Source: Octopus bimaculoides
Lineage: Eukaryota
Length of the DNA: 32,044 nucleotides
Assembly: GCF_001194135.2 (NCBI RefSeq)
Contig: NC_068981.1
Coordinates: forward strand, 195,836,054 to 195,868,097
Direction: 5' to 3'
Of this stretch, positions 12,527 to 22,765 are shown piece by piece. Under the pieces are notes generated by a model. The model searched no databases. It saw only the letters and a program-made list of their open reading frames with translations, and had not been told where the DNA came from. Position 1 is the stretch's first letter; every line of letters begins with the position of its first letter. Position numbers and translations under genes: made by a program.

Positions 12527-12727
12527 ACATAATTTAATTTATATAAGGGCATTACTATACAATAATGCCTCACGCTCAGAGGGACTCCATAAGTCAAAAC
12601 TACCAAAATAAGCACATTTGCACAAAATAAGCACAAATGTGCTTATTTTAGTAGTTTTGACTTATAGAGTCCCTCTAAGCGCGAGGCATTATTGTATAGT
12701 AATGCCCTTATATAAATTAAATTATGT
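12527..12727. repeat. Long fold-back palindrome, 94-bp arms with 4 mismatches, 13-nt spacer
   Basis: 12527-12620 aligned by eye to the reverse complement of 12634-12727. Confidence 0.95.
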
Positions 12728-13108
12728 ATGTATANNNNNNNNNNNNNNNNNNNNNNNNNNNNNNNNNNNNNNNNNNNNNNNNNNNNNNNNNNNNNNNNNN
12801 NNNNNNNNNNNNNNNNNNNNNNNNNNNNNNNNNNNNNNNNNNNNNNNNNNNNNNNNNNNNNNNNNNNNNNNNNNNNNNNNNNNNNNNNNNNNNNNNNNNN
12901 NNNNNNNNNNNNNNNNNNNNNNNNNNNNNNNNNNNNNNNNNNNNNNNNNNNNNNNNNNNNNNNNNNNNNNNNNNNNNNNNNNNNNNNNNNNNNNNNNNNN
13001 NNNNNNNNNNNNNNNNNNNNNNNNNNNNNNNNNNNNNNNNNNNNNNNNNNNNNNNNNNNNNNNNNNNNNNNNNNNNNNNNNNNNNNNNNNNNNNNNNNNN
13101 NNNNNNNN

Positions 13109-13163
<55 letters not shown>

Positions 13164-13219
13164 CACACACTCACACACACACATATATATATATACACAT
13201 GTATATATACATACATACA

Positions 13220-13251
<32 letters not shown>

Positions 13252-13821
13252 GATACATCTATATGCATGTACCGAGAGTTAGAGACAAAGACAGAGGAAA
13301 AGAGAAAGAGGGAGAGAAGACGATAGATTTCAGGTGTACAACCAAAGACTCGATAGGATTAAATATTGAATGATCAATCAAATAGTTAATAATCATTTAA
13401 ATATTAAATGATCAATCAGTTATTGATTATTTCAGCATTTACAATGTAAAATAATTACATCTGAAAGCCACATAACGATAACTATTTTCCATTCATCATA
13501 GAATCAATTTTTTAATTTTCCCCCCACTTCCGTATTCACTTCTGTTTGGATATCTATTTCCAGATAGTTGTGTGCGTGGTACGATTGTGAACACGGTTTC
13601 TTCTTGACTGGGCTGTCAGTGTTACAAAACAAAGGTTCTCAAATTTTGGGGCTTCCACCCCGCTCATGGCCACATAATACCCTCAGCGCCCCCACCTCTA
13701 TTTTTATGTATAAATAAATATTTTCAGTTGTGTCAACACACGAACTCATAAAGAATCTTGCAAACCAATCCAAAAATGAAATAAATATTACAGTTCTATA
13801 TTTAAGAGAAGAGGAATTGTG

Positions 13822-13989
13822 TACATTATTTACATTTGTCAGATATTTGTCCTCATCTTGTTTGTTGTTGACACAACGTTTCGACTGATATACTCTCCAG
13901 CCTTCATCAAGTGTCTTGGGGGAAATTTCGAACCTGGGTTCTCATTCCTAAGGTATTTTTCGATGCTATTATTATTATTATTATTATTG

Positions 13990-14070
<81 letters not shown>

Positions 14071-14145
14071 TCACTGCTTGGAATCGGACTCGGAATCTTA
14101 GGGTTAGTAGCCCGCACTCTTCACCACTACGCCATATGTCCGTGG
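13822..14145 (-). mobile_element. Family A SINE copy 2, full length, with long (AAT)n
   Basis: Reverse complement has head catatggcgtagtggtgaagagtgcgggctactaaccc, about 30 AAT units, body, hammerhead-like module and tail. Confidence 0.9.
13870..13915 (-). ncRNA. Hammerhead-ribozyme-like motif, C3>U variant
   Basis: GACAC-TTGATGA-A-GGCTG[gagagtatat]CAGTC-GAAACGTT-GTGTC; stem I is perfect, stem II has one G-U. Confidence 0.65.
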
Positions 14146-14236
14146 GCACCTGATGAAGGCTGGAGGGTATATCAGCCGAAACACTGTGTTAACAACAAAC
14201 AAGATGAGGATAAATATCTGTCAAATGTAAATAATG
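14144..14236 (+). mobile_element. Inverted 5'-truncated family A 3' fragment fused to the 5' end of copy 2
   Basis: gggcacCTGATGAaggctggagggtatatcagccGAAAcactgtgttaacaac..tgtaaataatg directly abuts the head of the minus-strand copy; the cleavage triplet is mutated (CACT). Confidence 0.85.
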
Positions 14237-15168
14237 GAAATAAATATTTTCTGCTTTACTAATTCATTCTATGAATCATTTGATATTTAATATAATATTA
14301 TATAATTTGTATATAATACTATATTAATATTATAATAGATTCATAGCGTCCCCCAATTCACTGCCTTCCTCCCAACGCCTCCTTTTCCTCTACCTCCACC
14401 GTATCCTTAGTTACCAGCGTCCACCTGGACCGTTTCAACGACTACCGAGGGCGGGGGGGGGGTAGCGCCCACATTGAGAAACTATGGATTAGACCTTCAG
14501 AAGTCCGCTTCGCCTGAAGTTTATTTATAACAATAATTTCTTAACTAACAGTAATGGCCATTAACAGTTGTTCCTACCTCACCTGTTTCAAGGTTCTGGG
14601 ACACGCATCTTTTCTCCTCTCACCCCACACCTCGCAGAACAAGTCTTATTGCCAGTGGGGGGCCGCAATATATGTTTTGAATGGTCTCCTTTTCCTAAGG
14701 TGCGAACTCTTCCGATGTTAACCCATGCGATGGACAATGTGGTATAATTACTTTCTCGAACTCTTTTCATAATGCAATGTTTGGTGGTCGTATTCGGGCC
14801 AGGCACCAAGTTAGTATTTGTATTGACCCCAAACGGAAAGTGTGATGACCGTTGATTTTGATGGGATCCTATGGAAGAGGTACCTGGGGGTTTTAAACCC
14901 AGAACCAACCTAAGAATTGGGGGCGGAGAAAATGAATTGATGGACCCTAAGGACGACAAACGTAATCTCTGTTACTGGAAATTAGGAAGTTATATGAAAA
15001 GTTGGAAATGTTTCTGATATTCTGATTAAATTAAGATTCTCCCTTCAAAAAATTTTGGCAGAAGGGAAAGAAGATATAAACGAGGAATATGATGAATTTT
15101 GTCTGGTGTAAAGATTCACGGAACTGATTTTAAGAAATACAAGAAATCATTGCAAAATCGAGGATGTA

Positions 15169-15200
15169 TTAGGTTGGCAAGTAAGTTCCCGCGGTTTTTT
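15169..15200 (+). mobile_element. Mariner-type terminal inverted repeat remnant
   Basis: TA followed by TTAGGTTGGCAAGTAAGTTCCCGCGGTTTTTT resembles mariner TIRs (TTAGGTTGG...GCGGTTTT); the partner end was not found. Confidence 0.5.
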
Positions 15201-15282
15201 AAATTTAAATTTTTCAAAAGGTTTAATAAAGAAAAATATAGATGTACATTCTATTTTCTACCCTTAATTAATTTGAACTTTG

Positions 15283-15412
15283 GTGCCGAGGTTGACTTTG
15301 CCTTTCATCCTTTCGGGGTCGATAAATTAAGTACCAGTTACGTACTGGAGTCGATCTAATCGACTGACCCTCTCCCCAAAAATTTCGGGCCTTGTGCCTA
15401 GAGTAAGAAAGA
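15283..15412 (+). mobile_element. Family C SINE, 5'-truncated
   Basis: gccgaggttgactttgcctttcatcctttcggggtcgataaattaagtaccag..ccttgtgcctagagtaagaaag is near identical to the reverse complement of 1145-1290. Confidence 0.9.
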
Positions 15413-15891
15413 ATTTGAACTTTGGTCTAGAACTTTCACTGCCCTTGGATGGGGTTAGTTATCTTTCCCCTCTTTCGGACAGAGTTCTTAACTAGAGTTA
15501 ATTACTCCTGTTCCATTTTGGGCAGGGTTTTTAACAGAAATTAATTATCCTTGCTCTAAAGTCTATGTTCTCATATTGTTTGGATTAATGCGTTTGTTAA
15601 TATCTCGAATATCAAAGAAACAAACACCTGAAATATATTGTATTTGATGGAACTGATTATGTTTCCTTTGTCAGTGTTTATAGAATATTACATTTGCAGT
15701 CGATGCATTATTAGTTTATGTTTCATAAACAATGACACAAACGGTTAGCAGCCGAACATTTAACATGGCGCTGCTCTGATTGTATGGTAGGTACAGAAGC
15801 GTTGGATGAAGTGCAGCAAAACTAGAAAAATGTTTTAACATCTGATGTAAAGGTTTTTAGTGATTTAGAAATAAATATATATGCATTAGGT

Positions 15892-15960
15892 CAGGGGTTC
15901 CCAACCCTTTTATTTAAATGAGTTTTCTCAGGGCCCCTTTTTAATATGCTTATGCTTTAT
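15892..15960 (+). mobile_element. hAT (Charlie-like) element left end; related copy at 21017-21100
   Basis: Starts CAGGGGTTCCCAACC; the following ttttatttaaa.gagtttt..cccttttaatatgct is shared with 21017-21100. Confidence 0.55.
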
Positions 15961-16685
15961 NNNNNNNNNNNNNNNNNNNNNNNNNNNNNNNNNNNNNNNN
16001 NNNNNNNNNNNNNNNNNNNNNNNNNNNNNNNNNNNNNNNNNNNNNNNNNNNNNNNNNNNNNNNNNNNNNNNNNNNNNNNNNNNNNNNNNNNNNNNNNNNN
16101 NNNNNNNNNNNNNNNNNNNNNNNNNNNNNNNNNNNNNNNNNNNNNNNNNNNNNNNNNNNNNNNNNNNNNNNNNNNNNNNNNNNNNNNNNNNNNNNNNNNN
16201 NNNNNNNNNNNNNNNNNNNNNNNNNNNNNNNNNNNNNNNNNNNNNNNNNNNNNNNNNNNNNNNNNNNNNNNNNNNNNNNNNNNNNNNNNNNNNNNNNNNN
16301 NNNNNNNNNNNNNNNNNNNNNNNNNNNNNNNNNNNNNNNNNNNNNNNNNNNNNNNNNNNNNNNNNNNNNNNNNNNNNNNNNNNNNNNNNNNNNNNNNNNN
16401 NNNNNNNNNNNNNNNNNNNNNNNNNNNNNNNNNNNNNNNNNNNNNNNNNNNNNNNNNNNNNNNNNNNNNNNNNNNNNNNNNNNNNNNNNNNNNNNNNNNN
16501 NNNNNNNNNNNNNNNNNNNNNNNNNNNNNNNNNNNNNNNNNNNNNNNNNNNNNNNNNNNNNNNNNNNNNNNNNNNNNNNNNNNNNNNNNNNNNNNNNNNN
16601 NNNNNNNNNNNNNNNNNNNNNNNNNNNNNNNNNNNNNNNNNNNNNNNNNNNNNNNNNNNNNNNNNNNNNNNNNNNNNNNNNATAT

Positions 16686-16870
16686 ATAGGGAGAATTCAC
16701 AAAAAAGCAAAAGAAGAAGACAGGTGGTGTAGAAAACAAATAGATGTATTAGTATAACGCTCGGGAATTGAAAAAATCTTTAACGTTTCGAGCCTACGCT
16801 CTTCCACAGAAAGGAACAGCAAGAAACAAGGAGAGAAAAATGTGTAGTGGCTAGCGATCTATCATGGCGA
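16686..16870 (-). mobile_element. Non-coding repeat carrying a hammerhead-like motif (16778-16813); possible Penelope-derived 3' end
   Basis: Minus strand CTTT-CTGTGGA-A-GAGC[gtag]GCTC-GAAACGTT-AAAG; overall similarity to 22766-22975. Confidence 0.55.
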
Positions 16871-16875
16871 ATATA

Positions 16876-16947
<72 letters not shown>
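16876..16947. repeat. (TAC)24 microsatellite
   Basis: Perfect 72-nt run. Confidence 0.98.
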
Positions 16948-17130
16948 CAAATCAGGCCTTCTAGCTTCTCTTACTGTGTCAACCTGAATGTTAAAGTCTC
17001 ACAGGTTCATCTTCATACCATTCATTAGTCTGCTCAAATCGTTGCTTTCTACATAATTTCAAATAATCCATGTGGAGCAAATGGCTAATGTCTCGCTTAC
17101 TATTTCTGAACTGATACCTTCTTTATTACT
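16948..17130 (-). pseudogene. R4/Dong-type RLE non-LTR retrotransposon fragment (second copy)
   Basis: Minus strand LHMDYLKLCRK..EWYEDEP, then after a frameshift L*DFNIQVDTVREARRPDLVVV, the WDF-x-IQ-x-D...RPD motif. Confidence 0.8.
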
Positions 17131-17150
17131 AAACTGAGGGGGATCAAACA

Positions 17151-17640
17151 TATTATTATTATTGCTCTTTATCACAGGTTCTGTTGGAGCTCCTGGAATC
17201 TTGCATGCGTAGCGGGGGCTTACTATCTGCAGCCTACCATACCATGCTATCCATTCTTTTCAGATATCTAATACTTCCCTGATTATTCTGGCCGTGCCAA
17301 GGAGGCAAACCTTTTATAACAGTTCTGCTGGGAACTCTATTCCGATTTCCTTTATATTCCCTATGATGCCTTCTGATACTGTTCCCAAGGACCCAACAAT
17401 AATTGGCACTATCTTCACCATCTTCATTTTCCATAGCCGGGCTATTTCGTAAATTAAGCGGGTTGTATCTGTCTGTCTTTTCGCCTTCGTGGGTGAAAGG
17501 GGCATGCAGCGTCAACTATATAGCATATGTGGTGCACCTTGTCGACTACCACTAGGTCCGGTCTCTTATGCTCTAGCGCCCGAGCTCTTTGGATTGGGAA
17601 ATCCCAGGGGATTTTACTAGTCTCCGATTCCGCCACTCTC
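17151..17640 (-). pseudogene. R4/Dong-type RLE non-LTR retrotransposon 3' end with 3' UTR and (AAT)n tail
   Basis: KIPWDFPIQ..EHKRPDLVVVDK..IVDAACPF, EIARLWKMK..IVPIIVGSLGTV, KVCLLGTARIIREVLDI* (stop 17260-17262): the PD-(D/E)xK restriction-like endonuclease C-terminus; frameshifted. Confidence 0.9.
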
Positions 17641-17643
17641 TGA

Positions 17644-17644
17644 T

Positions 17645-17681
<37 letters not shown>

Positions 17682-17743
17682 ACATCATCATCATCATCAT
17701 CAACATCATCATCATCATCATTATTATTATTATTATTATTATT
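17644..17743. repeat. (ATC)n(TTA)n microsatellite
   Basis: Direct reading. Confidence 0.95.
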
Positions 17744-17839
17744 GCCTTTGCACAGCTTCTAACGCTGGAGATGTACTACGGTGTCAGCTCTTCACCACCA
17801 GTGAACTAAGGTAACACGTCTTAGTTTTCGATCACCATC

Positions 17840-17990
17840 CGGAGTATTCGAGCGGTTTCAAGCAGAGCTCAATCTTTATGTTCTGAATTCAAATTCCACC
17901 GAGGTCTACTTTACTTTTCGACAGTGGGGTCGATTTAATCGACTGACCTCCCACCACGATATTTCTGGCTATGAGCGAAACTTTGAAACA
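17840..17990 (+). mobile_element. Family C SINE, diverged
   Basis: gttctgaattcaaattccaccgaggtctactttt..ggggtcgatttaatcgactgacc. Confidence 0.7.
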
Positions 17991-18271
17991 ATATTAAAAA
18001 TCGATATAAACCGATGTCAAAAAACTGTATTCCTTTCTCCGTTATATCTGTTTCTGACAGCTTTATTGATGATGACCACATTGATATGTTAACACTGACT
18101 TAACTACTGATCTTTTAGGCAGATGGTATGTCTAAGTAATTAACAACAGTAATTAAGTCTCAAAAATATTTGAAGCTGAGATGGTGACCCGTGAAAGTAA
18201 GTATAACTATTTTCAGTATTGTTATTTCTGTTGTTAGGAGGGATGACAGCGAGAATAGAAATGATGTTGGA

Positions 18272-18272
18272 G

Positions 18273-18335
<63 letters not shown>

Positions 18336-18362
18336 GTGGCGACGATGATGATGATGGTGATG

Positions 18363-18394
<32 letters not shown>

Positions 18395-18600
18395 GGTGGC
18401 GACGATGATGATGATGACGACGATGATGATGATGATGATGACGATGATGATGATGATGGTGATGATGATGATGACGACGACGACGGTGACATCAATATTG
18501 ATGGTGATGATGAGGAGGAGGTGGAGGAGGTGGAGGAGGAGTTGTTGTTGGTAGTGGTGGTGGTGGTGGTGGTGGTGGTGATGGTGGTGAAAATGGTCAT
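18272..18600. repeat. (GAT)/(GGT)/(GAG) compound trinucleotide array; continues at 19438-19930 after a gap
   Basis: Direct reading; the source of the spurious poly-D/M/S ORFs. Confidence 0.95.
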
Positions 18601-19585
18601 GGCATCGATGGCGGTGAAGATTGTGAAGTGTGTGATAATCTAGAGAAGAGAGAGAGGGGCGGGGAAGAGAGAGAGAGAGGGAGAGAGAGAGAGAGAAGGG
18701 CGGGGAAGAGGGAGTGTATAGATAGAAAGGAGGATCAGAAAGAGAGGGTCAGAGAAAGAAGGAGAGAGGGAGGAGGAGGTTATGCTGAGTTGTCAGACAT
18801 TAATTGCGCCAATAATTTTGCAATATTTATTTCATGAANNNNNNNNNNNNNNNNNNNNNNNNNNNNNNNNNNNNNNNNNNNNNNNNNNNNNNNNNNNNNN
18901 NNNNNNNNNNNNNNNNNNNNNNNNNNNNNNNNNNNNNNNNNNNNNNNNNNNNNNNNNNNNNNNNNNNNNNNNNNNNNNNNNNNNNNNNNNNNNNNNNNNN
19001 NNNNNNNNNNNNNNNNNNNNNNNNNNNNNNNNNNNNNNNNNNNNNNNNNNNNNNNNNNNNNNNNNNNNNNNNNNNNNNNNNNNNNNNNNNNNNNNNNNNN
19101 NNNNNNNNNNNNNNNNNNNNNNNNNNNNNNNNNNNNNNNNNNNNNNNNNNNNNNNNNNNNNNNNNNNNNNNNNNNNNNNNNNNNNNNNNNNNNNNNNNNN
19201 NNNNNNNNNNNNNNNNNNNNNNNNNNNNNNNNNNNNNNNNNNNNNNNNNNNNNNNNNNNNNNNNNNNNNNNNNNNNNNNNNNNNNNNNNNNNNNNNNNNN
19301 NNNNNNNNNNNNNNNNNNNNNNNNNNNNNNNNNNNNNNNNNNNNNNNNNNNNNNNNNNNNNNNNNNNNNNNNNNNNNNNNNNNNNNNNNNNNNNNNNNNN
19401 NNNNNNNNNNNNNNNNNNNNNNNNNNNNNNNNNNNNNGTGGTGGTGGTGATGATGATGGTGATGATGATGATGGTGGTGATGATGACGATGATGGTGATG
19501 ATGGTGATGATGATGATGGTGGTGGTGGTGGTGGTGATGATGATGGTGATGATGATGATGGTGGTGATGATGACGATGATGGTGA

Positions 19586-19619
<34 letters not shown>

Positions 19620-20129
19620 GGTGGTGACGATGATACTGTTGTTAATATGGACAATCATCACAAAGACATTGCTGCTGCTGCTTCTACTACTAGTATTGGT
19701 GACTATTGTGATAACTATGACGATGGTGGTGATGATGATGATGAACGCAGTGATGATGCAGGTGATAGTTGTAATAATATAATTATGATGAGAATGATGA
19801 TGGTGATGACGACGACGACGACGTCAATGATGGTTGGCGGCGATGAAGGATGTGATGACGATGGTGGGAACTGATACGATGCCGCTGTCGCCACTGCTGC
19901 TGCTGCTGATGATGATGATGATGACGACGTCGACGATGACATTGTCGGAGCAGAATTCATTTGTGGGTCTTACTTGAGCTGTTAAGGGCTCTGATGATGT
20001 TAAAGGCTCTAAAATTCTTTCCGAATCGAAAAAGAAAAAATTATTAATGATACGGACATTTTGTCAAGATCTGGATGTGAAGATCGTTAAAAAACAGAAA
20101 ATAAATAAAATAATAATCGTTTCTGATAC

Positions 20130-20320
20130 AGGCATAAGACCCGGGTTTTGTGAGGAAGGGGACAGTCAACTGGTAATCAACTGGTAATAAATTCATCGAT
20201 ACCGAAAAGATGAAAGGCAAAGTCGACCTCGGCGGAATTTGAACTCAGAACGTAGCAACAAGCGAAATACCGCTAAGCATTTCGCCCGACTTGCTAACGG
20301 TTCTGGTTGCTCGCGGCCTT
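20130..20320 (-). mobile_element. Family C SINE
   Basis: gatgaaaggcaaagtcgacctcggcggaatttgaactcagaacgta..cgaaataccgctaagcatttcgccc matches 1259-1340. Confidence 0.9.
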
Positions 20321-20373
<53 letters not shown>

Positions 20374-20377
20374 ATAC

Positions 20378-20583
20378 AGGCGTGGCTGTGCGTTAAGGAG
20401 TTTGCTTCCCAACCACATGGTTTCAGGTTCAGTCTCACTGCATGGCACCCTTGGGTATCTGTCTTCTACTTTAGCCTCAGGGCGACAAAACCTTGTCAAT
20501 CAGTTTGAACGACCTGGGGCCATGAGTAGCTTTGGTAGACGGAAACTGAAAGAATCCCGTCGTATATATATATATCTGTCTAC

Positions 20584-20619
<36 letters not shown>

Positions 20620-20880
20620 CGTATGTGTGTGTGTGCTTGTGTGTTGTGACAGTTCTTTGTCCCCCCACTACCACTGCCACCACTGTTTCATAACCGGTGT
20701 TGGCATGTTTAGGTCTTTGTAAATTAGTGGTTCGGCTAAAGACCGATAGAATAATTACTATGTATAAAAATATAAATATAAACAAGTACTGCAGTCGATT
20801 CGTTTGACTAAAATTTCTTGAAGGCAGTGCTCCAGCATGGCCGCAGTCTAATGATTGAAAGAAGTAAAAAATAAAGATAA
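20378..20880 (+). mobile_element. Family B SINE, full length, diverged
   Basis: Head aggcgtggctgtgcgttaag..ggttcagtc, internal TA/TG run, tail gctccagcatggccgcagtctaatgattgaaag. Confidence 0.85.
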
Positions 20881-21341
20881 ATAATTGAATTTGGGCCCCA
20901 GAATTTCTTGTAAACTTGAGGCCCGCAACGAGAAAAGATGAGGAAAAAGATTCTTGCTTTGATATTGCTTTCTTTAGAGACGTTCAGGGGAATTCAATTT
21001 ATTTGTTCTCATAGGACAGTCGTTCCCAACCTTTTCACTACCAAAAACCCCTTTTATTTAAAGGAGTTTTCCCACGGATCCCTTTTAATATGCTAATCCT
21101 TATGTGTGTGTGTATGTGTGTGTGAGTGTATGTACGTGTATATATATATATATATATATATACATATTTCTATACATTTTAAAAAAATAACGTTGACCAC
21201 TAACGTGGACAATTAATGTGCTAGAAATAGATCATATCTTGTGTCTATTAAGACCTAAATTGTTCTCAACATGAAATATAGCAGCATACATATATATATG
21301 TGAGTAAAAGAATATATATATGAGTAAAAGAGTATATATAT

Positions 21342-22069
21342 AAATACGTTCGTGCTGCAGATCGAGGTGAGAGGGATAACTTCCCTTGGCAAACAGGACA
21401 CAGTCGTGTGTCGATAAGCCAGCTGGAGGAGATGTCCTCCTGGGGCTAAAAGCAACAGTAACATCCACCCCTAGGGGTCAGCCACACTTAAGTGGCATAA
21501 TACTACACTTTATCGTGCAGTTACTGTTAATACTTCATTTAGAGAATTAACATTGCTTATATATATACTCTTTTACACNNNNNNNNNNNNNNNNNNNNNN
21601 NNNNNNNNNNNNNNNNNNNNNNNNNNNNNNNNNNNNNNNNNNNNNNNNNNNNNNNNNNNNNNNNNNNNNNNNNNNNNNNNNNNNNNNNNNNNNNNNNNNN
21701 NNNNNNNNNNNNNNNNNNNNNNNNNNNNNNNNNNNNNNNNNNNNNNNNNNNNNNNNNNNNNNNNNNNNNNNNNNNNNNNNNNNNNNNNNNNNNNNNNNNN
21801 NNNNNNNNNNNNNNNNNNNNNNNNNNNNNNNNAAATACGTTCGTGCTGCAGATCGAGGTGAGAGGGATAACTTCCCTTGGCAAACAGGACACAGTCGTGT
21901 GTCGATAAGCCAGCTGGAGGAGATGTCCTCCTGGGGCTAAAAGCAACAGTAACATCCACCCCTAGGGGTCAGCCACACTTAAGTGGCATAATACTACACT
22001 TTATCGTGCAGTTACTGTTAATACTTCATTTAGAGAATTAACATTGCTTATATATATACTCTTTTACAC
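21342..22069. repeat. 237-bp exact duplication (21342-21578 = 21833-22069) flanking an N gap; probable assembly artefact
   Basis: Identical sequence on both sides of the 254-N gap. Confidence 0.85.
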
Positions 22070-22468
22070 TTTTACTTGTTTCAGTCATTTTAACTGTGGC
22101 CATGCCGGAGCACCGCCTTTTAGTCGAGCAGATCGACCCCAGGACTTATTCTTTGTAAGCCTATTACTTAGTCCATCGGTCTCTTTTGCCGAACCGCTAA
22201 GTTACGGGGACGTAAACACACCATCATCTGTTGTCAAGCGATGTTGGGGGAACAAACATAGACACACAAACACAAACGCACATATACATATATATACATA
22301 TATACGACGGGCTTCTTTCAGTTTCCGTCTACCAAATCCACTCACAAGGCTTTGGTCGGCCCGAGGCTATAGTAGAAGACACTTGCCCAATGTGCCATGC
22401 AGTGGGACTGAACCCAGAACTATGTGGTTGGTAAGCAAGCTACTTACCATACAGCCACTCCTACGCCT
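22061..22468 (-). mobile_element. Family B SINE, full length
   Basis: Reverse complement begins aggcgtaggagtggctgtatggtaag, then box B gggttcagtccc, CORE-like motif, internal CA/TA run and complete tail. Confidence 0.92.
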
Positions 22469-22614
22469 ATATATATATATNNNNNNNNNNNNNNNNNNNN
22501 NNNNNNNNNNNNAATAAGGGTGATAAACTGGATATTAATTTAATTAACACCAATTCAAAACTAATGGCCTAGCATAAAGAAAATTCTGAAAATTCATAAA
22601 AATCATATTACTTC

Positions 22615-22743
22615 CATATGAGAAGGGATGACCACTAAGTGCTGAATTTCCCTAGAGAACATTCTTTTCTTTTGTGGTTTGACCGTAGATGGTCTATTTC
22701 TAGCATAATGGATGTCCACTTAGTGGTCATCCCTTCTCATATG
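22615..22743. mobile_element. MITE-like element with perfect 27-bp terminal inverted repeats
   Basis: catatgagaagggatgaccactaagtg (22615-22641) / cacttagtggtcatcccttctcatatg (22717-22743). Confidence 0.85.
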
Positions 22744-22765
22744 TATATATATATATATATATATC

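Larger units (their letters stand above)
13630..14486. mobile_element. Possible old hAT-type non-autonomous element hosting the family A insertion
   Basis: Imperfect ends caaaggttctcaa / ttgagaaactatg (11 of 13 match), similar to Charlie-type hAT termini; no 8-bp TSD is preserved. Confidence 0.3.

Noticed and set aside
14588-14959. 123-aa minus-strand ORF with LSIAWVN..VRTL, vaguely like an APE endonuclease start
   Set aside because: Too weak, and no downstream endonuclease motifs.
21322-21578. Apparent 20-bp TIR gtaaaagagtatatatataa / ttatatatatactcttttac
   Set aside because: The sequence resembles family B SINE tails plus (TA)n, and the right copy continues into a family B element at 22061.
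21342-22069. 237-bp duplication as a biological tandem repeat
   Set aside because: The copies are identical and placed exactly on either side of a gap; unmerged contig overlap is more likely.
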